Source of the DNA: Cetorhinus maximus
Taxonomy: Eukaryota
Direction of reading: 5' to 3'
DNA: 64,000 nt
Assembly (NCBI RefSeq): GCF_964194155.1
Contig: NC_135881.1
Coordinates: forward strand, 197,222,001-197,286,000
This document shows, piece by piece, positions 26,701 through 38,916 of this stretch. The stretch's first letter is position 1, and each line of letters starts with the position of its first letter. A model generated the notes under the pieces. It did not search any database and was not told where the DNA came from. It saw nothing but the letters and a program-made list of their open reading frames with translations. Both the position numbers and the translations under genes were made by a program.

Positions 26701-28939
26701 TGTATGGGAAGTACTTTAGTATAAATGAAACACCTAATAACAGAAATGGTTTGAAAATTTGAAAGCCCTATTCAAGCCTGAGCTCAGCTTGCAAAACGAT
26801 TTCCTTTCCGTCGAAAGGACTATCTATTTCCAATTCCTTAACATTGTCCCAGCCTCAACACACCCATCACTGGAACTCTCATCCATTCCTCTGTCACCTC
26901 CACACTCAAGTATTCTAATACTTCCTGGATGGCCTCAAACTTCAGCACATCCAAAACTCCATTGCCTATATCTTGTCCTGCTTGCCCATCACCTTCTTCC
27001 TTGCTGACTTACACTGCATCCTTGTCTACCTCAAATTTAAACGTCGCCATATATACGGAAGTTTTAAATGCAAGGATGACAACAATCATCTCTATCTCTC
27101 TATGAAATCCATTAATCTCATAACCACTGCGCCTCTCGCCTGCCTGCCGTGATAGTAAGTCATGGATGAGAGAAAATGTTCAATTGAATACATGCATATC
27201 CTCCATCCTTTCGATCCACCAGTGGCAGCAGAGCTTTCAGCCACTTGGGCCCTCACTTCAAGAACTTCTTTTCACCGTTAAAAACTTTCTTAACACTAAT
27301 TTTCTCCATCAGGTAGTCATGTAGTTTAACTCTTACCACCATTGCTTGATGTCTGTTGCTTTTTGTGGTTTTTTTCCTTCTGTAAAGCATTGCAAGTCAT
27401 TTTTCTATGCAAATTGACTTTATAAATGCAAGTTGTTATTGAAAGAGGGTACTCTCACAGAATATATCCTTATTTCATGAACATTTATAGTTCAACAGTA
27501 CAAAAGCAGAAATCCTGTGAAGTTGTTTTGTGTTTTAGCTCGTACTGTAGAATCTGCCCTGCAGTGTAAATGGGTTAAATTCACAGCATTTTATAGCACA
27601 GCTTCTGCCAAAAGCATTTAGGTAATATTAAGCAGGTTTCCAGCTTGTACACTTTCAGATAGTACCAAGGACAGAAAACAACGCTGATCTATGTTATCTC
27701 CTATGGAAGCACTCAATGAGAGGCCTGGAATTCATAGGTAAGTAACTGCTCAGTTTACAGACAGACATTGGGAGAGGGCAATTACATTAGAATTGGAAAG
27801 ACTTAGAAGGATTTTGATTTTATATAGTAACCTAAATGGAGGTACATTCTTCTATCACAACAAAATTTGAATCTTTAAAGTAATATATCTCTCAAGATAC
27901 TTCAGAAAAGGTAAATAGTCGTAGAATTAAGGAAAATGACTGAAGGCATGGTTGAAGTTATGAGATGAGATTATTGAAGGTGGGAAAAGGCAGAGGAATT
28001 TAGGAAAAGAGTGTGAGGCAAGATGGCTGTAGGTTCTGTCAGCAAGGTGGAGTGGAGCAAAAATGCAAAGGAGGAAGTGCCAGAACAGTAGTAAGGAAAC
28101 ACCAGTGGCATATAGGGATGAGTCAGGCCATGAAGTTATTTTTAATTTGAAGATGAGCATTTTTAACTTCAGCCTGTTTGGGGGTATGGGGGGCTGGAGT
28201 GGGAGACCTAATGGAGACTAGTAAGAACAATGACGGGAGCAGGATTTAGTGTGGAGTAGAATGAGGGTAGGGGAGTTACAGACAAGTTGGGCTTATGTAA
28301 AGTGGAGCTGAGAAAGCTAAGGAGGGCATTAGACAAGCTGATGAAGGGGTGGGGGGGGAGCATTTCATTGGTGTTGGGGGTGAAGATGTGGAAACAGAAA
28401 TAAATGGTTTTTGGTGAAGTAGAGGAGATGTGTTTTGAGGCTCAAACAGAATACTGAACTTGCACATTGTCAAGTTCAGTCCGAATAAGTAGCCAGGAAA
28501 GGGATCGAGTCAGGCCTAGGGTGCAGAAATTATTACAGCACCAAGTGAGCTGGCATCTGTTTTGTCAATATTGGGAGAAAATCCTAGCTTAGCCAGGTAA
28601 CAAGAGATGTTGCCAAGGGGCAGTATGTTCATGGGGAACAGGTCTCTGTCTCCTCCCTGCAGCCTTCCACAACCCCAAACAGGCTGGATAAAAAGAACTT
28701 GTCTTCAATTTCAAATCACACCAGGCATGACTCCTCCCTTATATTCTACTAGTGTTTGCTCGCTGCTGTTGACACTTCCTCCTTTGCATTTCTGCACATG
28801 ATGCTAAATTGGGCAGTCCTAAGATTATTTTGCAGGAATGAGGAGAGAAACAATTACAGAAGAACAAGTAGGATTAATAGGATGGTGCCATGGAGGTAAA
28901 GCAAGAGGAGTAGTGCTGGAGTAAAGTGGTAAATTTTGT

Positions 28940-29066
28940 TTCAGATGCAAGGTCATCGAGGTTAACTCTGTTTCTTTCTCCACAGTTGCCACCAGACCTG
29001 CTGCATATTTACAGCATTTTTTGTTTTTATTTCAGATTTCCAACATCCAGAGTATTTTGCTTTTGC
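28940..29066 (+). mobile_element. Old short Penelope 3' end copy
   Basis: GTTAACTCTGTTTCTTTCTCCACAG…AGACCTGCTG…TTTCAGATTTCCAACATCC. Confidence 0.65.
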
Positions 29067-31435
29067 AATTGTGTTGAATGCTGTGCAAATATTGAAGAGG
29101 ACATGGGGGCACAGGTAGTCACAAAGGATGTTGTTGATGACTTAACACCTGGGTAATCAGTCATCAGTGACATCCTTGGAAAATATTATGGATTTGTGCA
29201 ACATTGGCAATACCAAAGGTAGTTTAGAAATTTGTATTTTTCCTGATTAAGCATGCAGGAAAATATAAATGGTACCATATAATGCCTTTTGAGATTATAC
29301 TTAGTTTAAGCAATTTATTGAAAAGCTGCCCCAGTTATTCTTTTGATGGAAAGCTGGGGAGGGAGGTGGGTGGGCAAGGTAAAAGGTAGTGCAGCAGTAT
29401 TTAAAATACAAAATAATTATGAGAATTTACAAATTTTTGTATTATCTTCAAGTTAAAGGTTGGACAGATTATTCACTTTGCTGAAAAGGCCACTGCAGAG
29501 TGCAATAGGATGTACTGGAAATCAAGCTGCACACATCTTAAATAATAATAGGGGTAAGGCAATAAACAACCACATTTATCTGTTGGATTTCACTGCTTAC
29601 AACCTGGGGCCTTTTAATTCTACATCTAATGGTCACACATCACACATTGCAGCTGTCTAGCTAGTAATTAAGATGGAACCTATTACAGCAAATGTTGCTT
29701 GTAAATGACTGATTAATTTAATGCTTGCTTCCTATAATTTCGATCTCTTTTTGTAAGTGACTTGTTTAAAAAGCTAAAAAAAAGCCTATTGCTGTATCGT
29801 TCAAAGTCAACATTGTAGCTTTCTTGTTTTAAAACTTAGACGCATCCAAGAGAGTAAATTGATTTTATCAGCAATACATGCAGTAAATAAGACACACATT
29901 TTATCTCGTTCTTCAATTAAAAATTAGCAGCAATTTGTCCCCTGAATGGCCGAGCAATAATGTTAATAACCCAATGAACATCAGGGGTGAAGGGAAAAGA
30001 AGACCATAATTCAGGAAGTTACGCCCAAAATTGTCAATTTTCCTATTATCAATTTACACCTAAATTTCCTTCTAATCTTATTAGCATGTAAAATTCAGCA
30101 AAAACAAGTGAAAACCAGGTGTAAACAATTATGGTTAAGAGCATGCAAAGTGGAAGCTTTTAAATTTGTTATGTGACTCCGATTGAAGCTATAAAAAAGC
30201 ATTGAAAGGAACATGAAATGTAGTGCAGGTTTAATTAAATCACAATAAAACACCAGAAAAATGACTATTTTCTGCTGTGTCTAAAGTTCTGGCCTTAATT
30301 TTATATCTAATGTGAACAATGTAATTGCAGGGAAGTTGCATGTACAGCTCTTTAGCATGTGGGGTCAGTATAATGAATCTATATGCATTCAGGCACAAGG
30401 ATAAAAATCTAAATGCACCCCGTAAAATAAAGTTTAAAATATACAACCGTGTCTTGTCTTTTGAGTCAGTTCTTCACTGTCTGGATAAAAGGATGCTGCC
30501 ATGCATTAAAATCCTCACAAGGGCCTGGATTAAACATTTAGAGATGAGCAAGCTTGGGATGTGGCATTGGAATTGGATGCCTAATATCAAAAGTGGCTCT
30601 ATGAGACAAGCCACACCATGTATTCCACCATGTTGAATGCAGGCATTATATAGCTGATGAGGAAAGTGTTGGAATTATAGCTTTTGAAGGTGGGTTATGA
30701 GTTCACATGTTTAGTCCAGTAAAACAAAAGATAAAATACTGCTGTTACCGCTCTCAAACAACAGAAAATCATGGAAACTCTCAGCAAGTTTTGAGAAGGA
30801 TTATATCTTTCCAAAGTCATGAATAACATGCCATATGGCTGTGACAAAGGTAAACTATCGCTCCTTATCGTCTCGAACCATCTGCAGTCTTTGGCATGGT
30901 GGACCACATTATCCTCCTTCAATGCCTCTTCACCATCTGGGAAGGATTGCTCTCATTTGGTTCCATCCTAATCTAATTATAGCCAGAGTATCACTTGCGA
31001 TGGCCTCTCTTCCCACATCTGCACTGTTACCTCTGGTGTCCCTCAAGAGTCTATCCTTGGACACCTCTTTCTCATATACATGCAGTCCCTCAATGACACC
31101 ATCCTAAAACATAGTGTGAGTTGTCACACATACACTGATGGCACCCAGTTCTACCTAACCACCCCCTCTCTCGATTCCTCCACTGTTGCTAAATTATCAG
31201 GCTGCTTAGCCAACATCCAGTACTCAAATGAAAAGAAATTTCCTCCAATTAAATATTGGAAAGACTGAAGCCATTGATTTTGGTTCCCGCTCCAAACTTT
31301 TTCCCTAGCTACTGACTCCATTCTCATAGATAAAAACAAAAAGCTAAAAAGCTACTGCGGATGCTGGAAATCCAAAACAAAAACAGAATTACCTGGAAAA
31401 ACTCAGCAGGTCTGGCAGCATCGGCGGAGAAGAAA

Positions 31436-31478
31436 TCAGTTAACATTTCGAGCCTTCATGGCCCTTCGGCAGAACTGA
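31436..31478 (-). ncRNA. Minimal hammerhead-like motif in the PLE 3' region (A6C core variant)
   Basis: UCAGUU-CUGCCGA-A-GGGCC-AUGAA-GGCUC-GAAAU-GUU-AACUGA; perfect 6-bp stem I and 5-bp stem II. Confidence 0.6.
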
Positions 31479-31845
31479 AGCATAGTTAGGAGAAGGGAGA
31501 ATTATAAACTGGTTTAAGGGGGGGGGGGGGGCGAAGAGGGAAGTTGAGGGTGTGGTGATTGTGGAGATAAGCAGTGATAGGAGCAGATAATCAAAAGATG
31601 TCACAGACAAAAGGATCAAAGAGGTGTTGAAGGTGGTGATATTTGTCTAAGAAAAGTGCTAATTAAGAATGGAAGACAGGATACTCAAAGTACAGCTCTA
31701 GTGGGGGTGGGGTGGACAGACTAACAAGGTTTTAGTTTTAGATTTAAAAATAATGGAAATAGGTGGAGAAAGAAGAATCTATATAAATTATTGAAAAAAA
31801 AAAGAGGGGGGGGAGAAACGGGGTGGGGATGGGGGGAGGGGGAGT

Positions 31846-32927
31846 TTAAGATCTAAAGTTGTTGAATTCAATATTCAGCCCAGAAGGCTGTAAAGTGCCT
31901 AGTCGGAAGATGACGTGCTGTTCCTCCAGTTTGCGTTGGGCTTCACTGGAACAATGCAGCAAGCCAAGGACAGACATGTGGGCAAGAGAACAGGGTGGAG
32001 TGTTAAAATGGCAAGCGACAGGGAGGTTTGGGTCTTTCTTGCGGACAGACCGCAGGTGTTCCGCAAAACGGTCGCCCAGTTTGCGTTTGGTCTCTCCAAT
32101 GTAGAGGAGACCGCATTGGGAGCAACGAATGCAGTAGACTAAGTTAGGGGAAATGCAAGTGAAATGCTGCTTCACTTGAAAGGAGTGTTTGGGCCCTTGG
32201 ATGGTGAGGAGAGAGGAAGTGAAGGGGCAGGTGTTGCATCTTCTGTGTGGGCATGGGGAGGTGCCATAAGTGGGGGTTGAGGAGTAGGGGGTGATGGAGG
32301 AGTGGACCAGGGTGTCCCGGAGGGAACGATCCCTACGGAATGCCGTCAGGGGGGGTGAAGGGAAGATGTGTTTGGTGGTGGCATCATGCTGGAGTTGGCG
32401 GAAATGGCGGAGGATGATCCTTTGAATGCGGAGGCTGGTGGGGTGATAAGTGAGGACAAGGGGGACCCTATCATGTTTCTGGGAAGGAGGAGAAGGCGTG
32501 AGGGAGGATGCGCGGGATATGGGCCGGACACGGTTGAGGGCCCTGTCAACGACCGTGGATGGAAAACCTCGGTTAAGGAAGAAGGAGGACATGTCAGAGG
32601 AGCTGTTTTTGAAGGTAGCGTCATCAGAACAGATGCGACGGAGGCGAAGGAACTGAGAGAATGGGATGGAGTCTTTACAAGAAGCGGGGTGTGAGGAGCT
32701 GTAGTCGAGGTAGCTGTGGGAGTCGGTAGGCTTGTAATGGATATTGGTGGACAGTCTATCATCAGAAATTGAGACAGAGAGGTCAAGGAAGGGAAGAGAA
32801 GTGTCAGAGATGGACCATGTGAAAATGATGGAGGGGTGGAGATTGGAAGCAAAATTAATAAATTTTTCCAGGTCCTGACGAGAGCATGAAGCAGCACCGA
32901 AGTAATCATCGATGTACCGGAGAAAGA
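31846..32927 (-). CDS. Partial Penelope polyprotein: RT motif C (RYIDD), thumb, Zn-linker and GIY-YIG endonuclease
   Basis: FLRYIDDYFG, LPFLD, YKPTDSHSYL, CPHRRCNTC and NLVYCIRCSQCGLLYIGETKRKLGDRFAEH, ending PSGLNIEF. About 360 codons with no stop; the first ~22 aa of the called ORF come from the flanking L2. Confidence 0.9.
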
Positions 32928-33309
32928 CATTCTCATCCCTGGCAACAGAGAGACTAAACCAGCATGTTTGCAAGCTTGGTGTCATATTTGACACCGAGAG
33001 GAGCTTCCGATCACATATTCAGACATCACTAAGATTGCCTATTTCCACCTCCATAACATGATCTGACTTCACTCATCTGCTGATGAAACCCTCATTCATG
33101 TCTTCATTACCTCTGGATGACTATTTCAACACACTCCTGGCTAGTATCCCACATTCTACCCTTCCTAAACTGATAATCCAAAACTCTGCTGCCAGCATCT
33201 AAAATCACACCAAGTGGCATTCCTCTATCACCCTGTGCTCGCTTAACTACATTGGCTCCTAATTAATGAGCATCTTAATTTTAAAAATCTCATCCTTGTT
33301 TTCATCCTT

Positions 33310-35627
33310 CACGTGTGATGACCCCAACAATGGCTAAGCAAGGTTCATCATCAGAGGTCAAAATGATACCAGACAGGTATTTGATTAGCTGAAACTTTCT
33401 TTAAAGACTTAAGATACTCCAAAAGAGATGTTTAGTAAATCTTCTCTAACTAAGGCTCAACAGGCTGATCCGGAGTTAAGTACGGTAGCACAATCAGCCC
33501 AAACTAAAGTTGAAGCTGAGGAAGTTCCAGAATGTTATTATATTAAAAATGGGATACTAATGAGGAAGTGGAGACCTCCTCACAGACCTGCAGACGAAGG
33601 GTTGACAGTTGTTCATCAAGTAGGGGTACTGCCCAAATATCATAAATAGATATTACAGTTGGCACATGAAATTCCTATGGCAGGACAAATAGGGATATGG
33701 AAAACTCAAGTGCGGATAAACCAACATTTTTACTGGCCAGGTCTTCACCAGGAAGTGGTGCAGTTTTGTAAAACGTGCCAGATGATAGGAAAACCACAAC
33801 CTACAATCAAACTGGCACCTTTAATTCCCATACCAGTTTTCAGGAAACCATTTAGTCGGGTGTTAATACACTGTGTGGAACTGTTACAAAACACGAAAGC
33901 AGGACACCAGTATATCCTTACTATTATGGATATGACAACTCGATTTCCAGAGGCCAATTACAGCTACAGGACAATTACAGCTAAAGTAGTAGTTGGGAAG
34001 TTAACCCAATTTTTTGCTCGATATGGATTGCCGACAGAGATCCAGTTGGATCAAGGTTCCAACTTTATGTCTAAAGTTTTTCAAAACATAATGAGTAGTT
34101 TGGGTATTAAACAGTTAAAGTCCACAGCATATCATCCACAAACACAGGGAGCTTGAGTGAGGTACCGTCAAGCTCTCAAAACAATGATTAAAGCATTTTG
34201 TCATGAATATCTCCATGATTGCGACAAAGGACTGGACTTTCTTTTATTTGCTACCCAAGATTCATCTACTGGTTTTAGTCCTTTTGAATTAAGTTATGGA
34301 CATGAGATAAGAGGTCCTCTGAAACTAACCAAAGAAAAGTTTTTAGGACAGAAAGATGAATACTTTATGTTAGACTATGTGTCTGCGTTCCAGGAATGGT
34401 TCAGAGGAGCCTGCAAAGTGGCTCACAGACATCTTAAAGTTTCTCAAACAAAGATGAAGGAATGGGCAAATAAGCAAGCTGTGACCCAAATGTTACAACC
34501 AGGGGATGAAGACTTTTGATATTACGAGCTAAGGAGATATTGGCTTTTGTCAAGCCGAATGGGCTATACCAATGTCAAGAATTTGCCATTTGGGCTAAAA
34601 CAATGCCCCAGCCACTTTCCAAAGACTAATGAATCAAGTTATAACTAGTGTTCCTAACTGCGTAGTTTACTTGGATGATGTATTGATTGACAGCAATACA
34701 TGGAAAGATCATGTAAAACAATTACGAGCCTTATTTAAACATTTACAGCTGGCAGATCTAGTAATAAACCTTGCCAAAAGTGAGTTCGCAAAAGTGCGAG
34801 TAACTTATCTAGGGCATTGTAGGGCAGGGGTAAGTGTTGCCAAGAATAGCAAAAGTACAGGCTTTGAAGGAATTCCCTGTCCCTGAAAATAAACGGGAAA
34901 TCATGAGGTTTTTAGGGATGTGCAGCTTCTATCGTAAGTTTGTGCCAAACCTCAGCACAATGTCTGCTGCACTAATAGATTTATTGCAAAGAAGGCAAAG
35001 GTGGTATGGTCAAGAAAGTGCCAGACAGCTTTTGAAAAGCTGAAGGCAATCCGAACTAATGAACCAGTGTTAACTGCCCCGAATTTCGCTAAACCCTTCA
35101 AGGTGGCAATCAATGCTAGTGACTTGGTGGTCTTATTATAAGATGACAAATTGGGCAAAGAGAGGCCCGTGGGGTACTTGTCTAAAAAATTAAGTTGCCA
35201 TCAAAAGAGATACTCTACAGTAAAAGAGGAAACCCTGGGATTGTTACTGGCTCTTTAACATTTTGAGGTTTATATTCATCATGGCTGTAAAGAAATACTA
35301 GTATACACTTACTATAATCCCTTAGCCTCTGTGGAAAGATTTAAGACTCAGAATGACAGACTGTTCCGATGGAGCTTCCTAATACAGCTTTACAGCTTAA
35401 AGATTGTTCATATTGCTGGAAAGGATAACATAATTGCAGATGCATTATCAAGAATGTAATTTCTGTAGAATTATCTGGAAAGCAAGAAAGTCAGAGAAAA
35501 GTGTACAGAATCTGAATAAGGAATGAATGGCTGAGTGAGGGCATGTTTGAATTTTGTTTTAGATGTTGTGTACACTTTGTAATGAAACACGTTTAAAATG
35601 GCATTTCATTTCTTAAAGGCAGAGGCA
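33310..35627 (+). mobile_element. Ty3/Gypsy-type LTR retrotransposon internal remnant with INT-RT-RH order (Gmr1-like)
   Basis: Integrase (AHEIPMAGQIG…FYWPG…FCKTC; DQGSNF; STAYHPQTQG) at 33659-34500 precedes RT (PFGL, YLDDVLI; 34560-34850) and RNase H (…PVGYLSKK…GKDNIIADALSRM*, stop ~35459). Frameshifted. Confidence 0.88.
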
Positions 35628-36770
35628 TGTCAGAACCATATCTTCAAGAACTATATTTTTCTTTTAAAATATGGGAAAGACATTGGACATTTTTGGACAT
35701 TGGACATATGGGAAAGACATTTGGACATTTTTTTTACAAAAAGGTCATGGGTTCACCTTTGAACTGGGAGCAAGCATGCCTTTTCCAAGAAATCACCTGA
35801 TCAGCATGGTACCTGATGGGGAAGAGCTGCAATTATTTTAATTGATGGGGAAAAAACTGGTTTAAAGGCAAAGACTAGTGATTTACTGGAAATCACATGA
35901 CAGAGATGAGCTTTAAGTTTTGAACTCAGTTGGGACTGAACTGAGAAAGGGAAAAACTGCCCAGCTTGCACTCTCTTTGACAAAAACAGAAATACCTGGA
36001 AAAACTCAGCAGGTCTGGCAGCATCGGCGGAGAAGAACAAAGTTGACGTTTGTTCTTCTCCGCCGATGCTGCCAGACCTGCTGAGTTTTTCCAGGTATTT
36101 CTGTTTTTGTTTTGGATTTCCAGGATCCGCAGTTTTTTTGTTTTTATTTTTGCACTCTCTTTGCCTTGCCCGATATCGTGTGATGGTCAGTGCCCAGCAT
36201 CTAAGTGGAACTGGTCTGTCCTTGAAAATCCAAGAGGGTGACATGGGAAGGATTGATCCAACTCTATTTTCCTCCACGCTGAAGCTCCGTTAGTGAGAAC
36301 CTCTAGGCACCTACTGGGACTAACGATCTGTCTTTACAAAAGGGAGCATTAGGTCAACAGCGTCGAAACCCTGTGAACTTCATCCTTTTCTTATGATTTT
36401 TTTTTCAACTGCCTGTCTCTGCAGAGACTCTACTTGCTTGTCGTTCGTTTGTGTGTGTGTGTGTGTGTGGGTGTGGGTGTGGGGGGGAAGCATGTGCGCA
36501 GTGGGGAATTTTAAAAGGGATAGTTATACTTCCAGATTACAATTGTCTATTAACCAGTTCTTGTAACTTGTTTTAAAAAAGAAGTTTGATTTTATAATAA
36601 ATCAATCATTTTAAGTATATTGAAAGAAGCCTGGTTAAAGTATCTTTTATTCTGGGTCTAACAGTAGCAAAGGCAAATAGTTGCCATTTTCCTGAGTGAA
36701 TTAAACTTTTAAACAAATGGTGTGACCTGCAGAGTAGTGGGGCTAGATAAACTGAGCATTCCTCCTATAT
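35628..36770 (+). mobile_element. 3' LTR of the Gmr1-like element (right end approximate)
   Basis: Purine tract AAAGGCAGAGGCA (35615-35627) is immediately followed by TGT; internal (GT)n and AATAAA at ~36596. Confidence 0.6.
35980..36149 (+). mobile_element. Penelope-derived perfect hairpin element inserted in the LTR
   Basis: Identical ~63-bp inverted arms; perfect 14-bp TSD TTGCACTCTCTTTG (35966-35979 / 36150-36163). Confidence 0.9.
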
Positions 36771-37889
36771 TAATCAGATATGTATAAAAAGGCAGTACAT
36801 GGATCAAGAAGAGGAGAAGGCCATAAATAGTAGAGTGGGAAAAGAAAGCATCACTGGAGATGCTCTCACTACAATCATGTGAAACTAATAAGTTCAGCCA
36901 CTGAGCTGGAAATTAGAGAGGCATTGGAGAAGGATGGTTTAGTTGATTAGGGCTGCAGAGGACAAGGAGGGACAGTGCACCATAGTCAGAGTGGATGTCA
37001 TATGATTTTAGTTAGGGCAGTTTCAGTTCTGTGGGAGGGCCATTATTATACAGCTATTTTAATAAATCAGTTGATAAATTCATCAGCAAAAATGCACCGT
37101 ATGAAGACACCCCAACTGAAATAGATTGTTGCTGCACATCCATCATCTTTTGGCAATGGAAAGATGCCGATCATTAATAAATCTGTCATGGTGTTGTCTT
37201 GTAGTATGGTGACATCTTGCTTTATAAGAATGTGTATTCCATATATTACCTTCCCAACGTATTATTCTGTTAAGTAGTGCCGCCAATATCCAAATGTTAA
37301 ATAAATGGAAACTGATATAATGCAGAATTTATGAAGCTCCACTTTCTCAAAACCTCACCTTTAATTTATAAACAAGTCTAAATATTGAGTACCAGAATGT
37401 GCTTTCTCACCAGAAATCCAGAAACGTACACCAAAGTTTTCCCACTCCAAACAAGCGGCAACTAAGTAATTTGTAGCACCTGAACTCCCACTAACCTGAA
37501 GACCAACTACCTACATACAGATTGTAGATCAAAATATCTTGGCCTCTATGCGTCAAGCGAATAACACCTTGATAGGACATCCCATTTCTCTAGCATAAAA
37601 ATTGTATTCTTGGCCTGCGAAATGCCTAAAGGGTGTTATTGGGAAGACAGGTTTAAATCAAGGCCAAACCTAGAACATTAAATGCATGACTTAAAACAAT
37701 TCTGCAATAGCGCTCAAGATGCTTAGTGCCATATAATCCACTCCATTCAAGGGTAGGTTTCACAGTACCAGAATAGCAGAAAATCTGTACAGTTGTTTTA
37801 AAGTTATGTCTTGTGGCTCTTTTCTTTTACCACTAAATTACTGTGGAAAGTCTTTCAAAGTTTTTGAGGTAGAGTTGAGGGAGAGGATA

Positions 37890-38090
37890 ACCCCTCAGTC
37901 AGAAGATTATGCATTCAAGTCCCACCACTTAAACACATAAGTTTAAAAAATAATGAGGGAGTGCTGCACTTTTGGAGGTGCCATATTTTGGATTTGATGT
38001 AAAACAGACTCCCCTTTTGCTTTCTCAAGGTGGATGTAAAGTATCCTATGGCACCATTCAAAGCAAAGCAGTATTTAATTCTCCAGTATG
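37890..38090 (+). mobile_element. DeuSINE (SacSINE1-like) fragment
   Basis: tRNA B-box-like GCATTCAAGTCC and core GAGGGAGTGCTGCACT…GGAGGTGCC…GGTGGATGTAAA. Confidence 0.55.
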
Positions 38091-38639
38091 GGATGGGAAA
38101 GCAACAGTAGCATCAAGACATTACTGAATAAAATCCTGCTTTCAGGACCTATCACATAGTTACAATTGTAGTAAAACAGCCAAACACCAAGCAGTGCTTA
38201 TAAATTATAACTGTTTCTGCAACAGAGGTCAACTTCCATAATTAAACATTTACAAGTCCAAAACAGTCTTATGAATGTTGTATTCTAGGATCAGCATAAA
38301 GTCAAGGGGAATGAATTTCCCTCTTGCACCTTGAAATGGTAGAGCACTGCAATGATGCAGAACGGTGATTACACCACAACCAGCATAATAGATTTTCTGA
38401 GAGATAAAAAGTGCATTAACAAAAATGGCAAAATACACTGCAGCACAAAGGCTAGGATAGCATTGGGAGGAACACTGAATAATCCAGGCCACCTCCAATG
38501 ACATTGTAGCTACATTGAGAACTTTCATTCATCATCAAAAATTAAAGTATGCAAAGCACTTCGGAAAATTATAATCAAATGAATCATTAAGCAAATGCAG
38601 AAACTGAGGGAGATTCATCCCACTGGGCTGGATAACAGA

Positions 38640-38916
38640 TGTGTTGGAGCAAAATCTGGAATATAAAGCTAGTCTCGGTAATGGTGACCATGACAACTAT
38701 CATTGATTTTTGTAAAACCCCATCTGGTTCAGTAGTGTCTTTTAGTGAAGGAAATCTGCCATCTCTACCTGGTCTGGCCTACATGTGACTCCAGATGCAT
38801 AGCAATGTGGCTGACTCTTAACGACCCTCTGCAATGACTGACCAAACCACTCAGTTCAAGGGCAATTAGAGATAGATAACAAATGCATGATGCCGACATC
38901 CATTAAAGAATAAAAA
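38640..38916 (+). mobile_element. SINE sharing its 3' tail with the LINE family at 14690
   Basis: Ends CAAGGGCAATTAGAGATAGATAACAAATGC…CATCCATTAAAGAATAAAAAA. Confidence 0.55.

Larger units (their letters stand above)
31328..32927 (-). mobile_element. 5'-truncated Penelope-like retroelement (RT C-terminus + GIY-YIG endonuclease + 3' region with hammerhead motif)
   Basis: 9-bp TSD CATTCTCAT (31319-31327 / 32928-32936); uninterrupted ORF; 3' region shared with the short copies. Confidence 0.93.
30830..33310 (+). mobile_element. L2-type LINE fragment hosting the Penelope insertion
   Basis: GGTGTCCCTCAAGAGTCTATCCTTGGA (GVPQxSILG) and TACACTGATGGCACCCAGTTCTAC (YADDTQLY-like); the sequence resumes collinearly after 32936. 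Confidence 0.75.

Noticed and set aside
32346-32945. Alternative-frame and antisense ORFs over the PLE (199 aa, 108 aa)
   Set aside because: Shadow frames of a GC-rich intact coding region.
32928-32994. N-terminus of the 382-aa Penelope ORF
   Set aside because: It lies beyond the TSD in antisense L2 sequence; a chance in-frame ATG, not a real start.
35801-36293. ORFs containing [18 protein letters not shown] on both strands
   Set aside because: Artefact of the palindromic PLE insertion.
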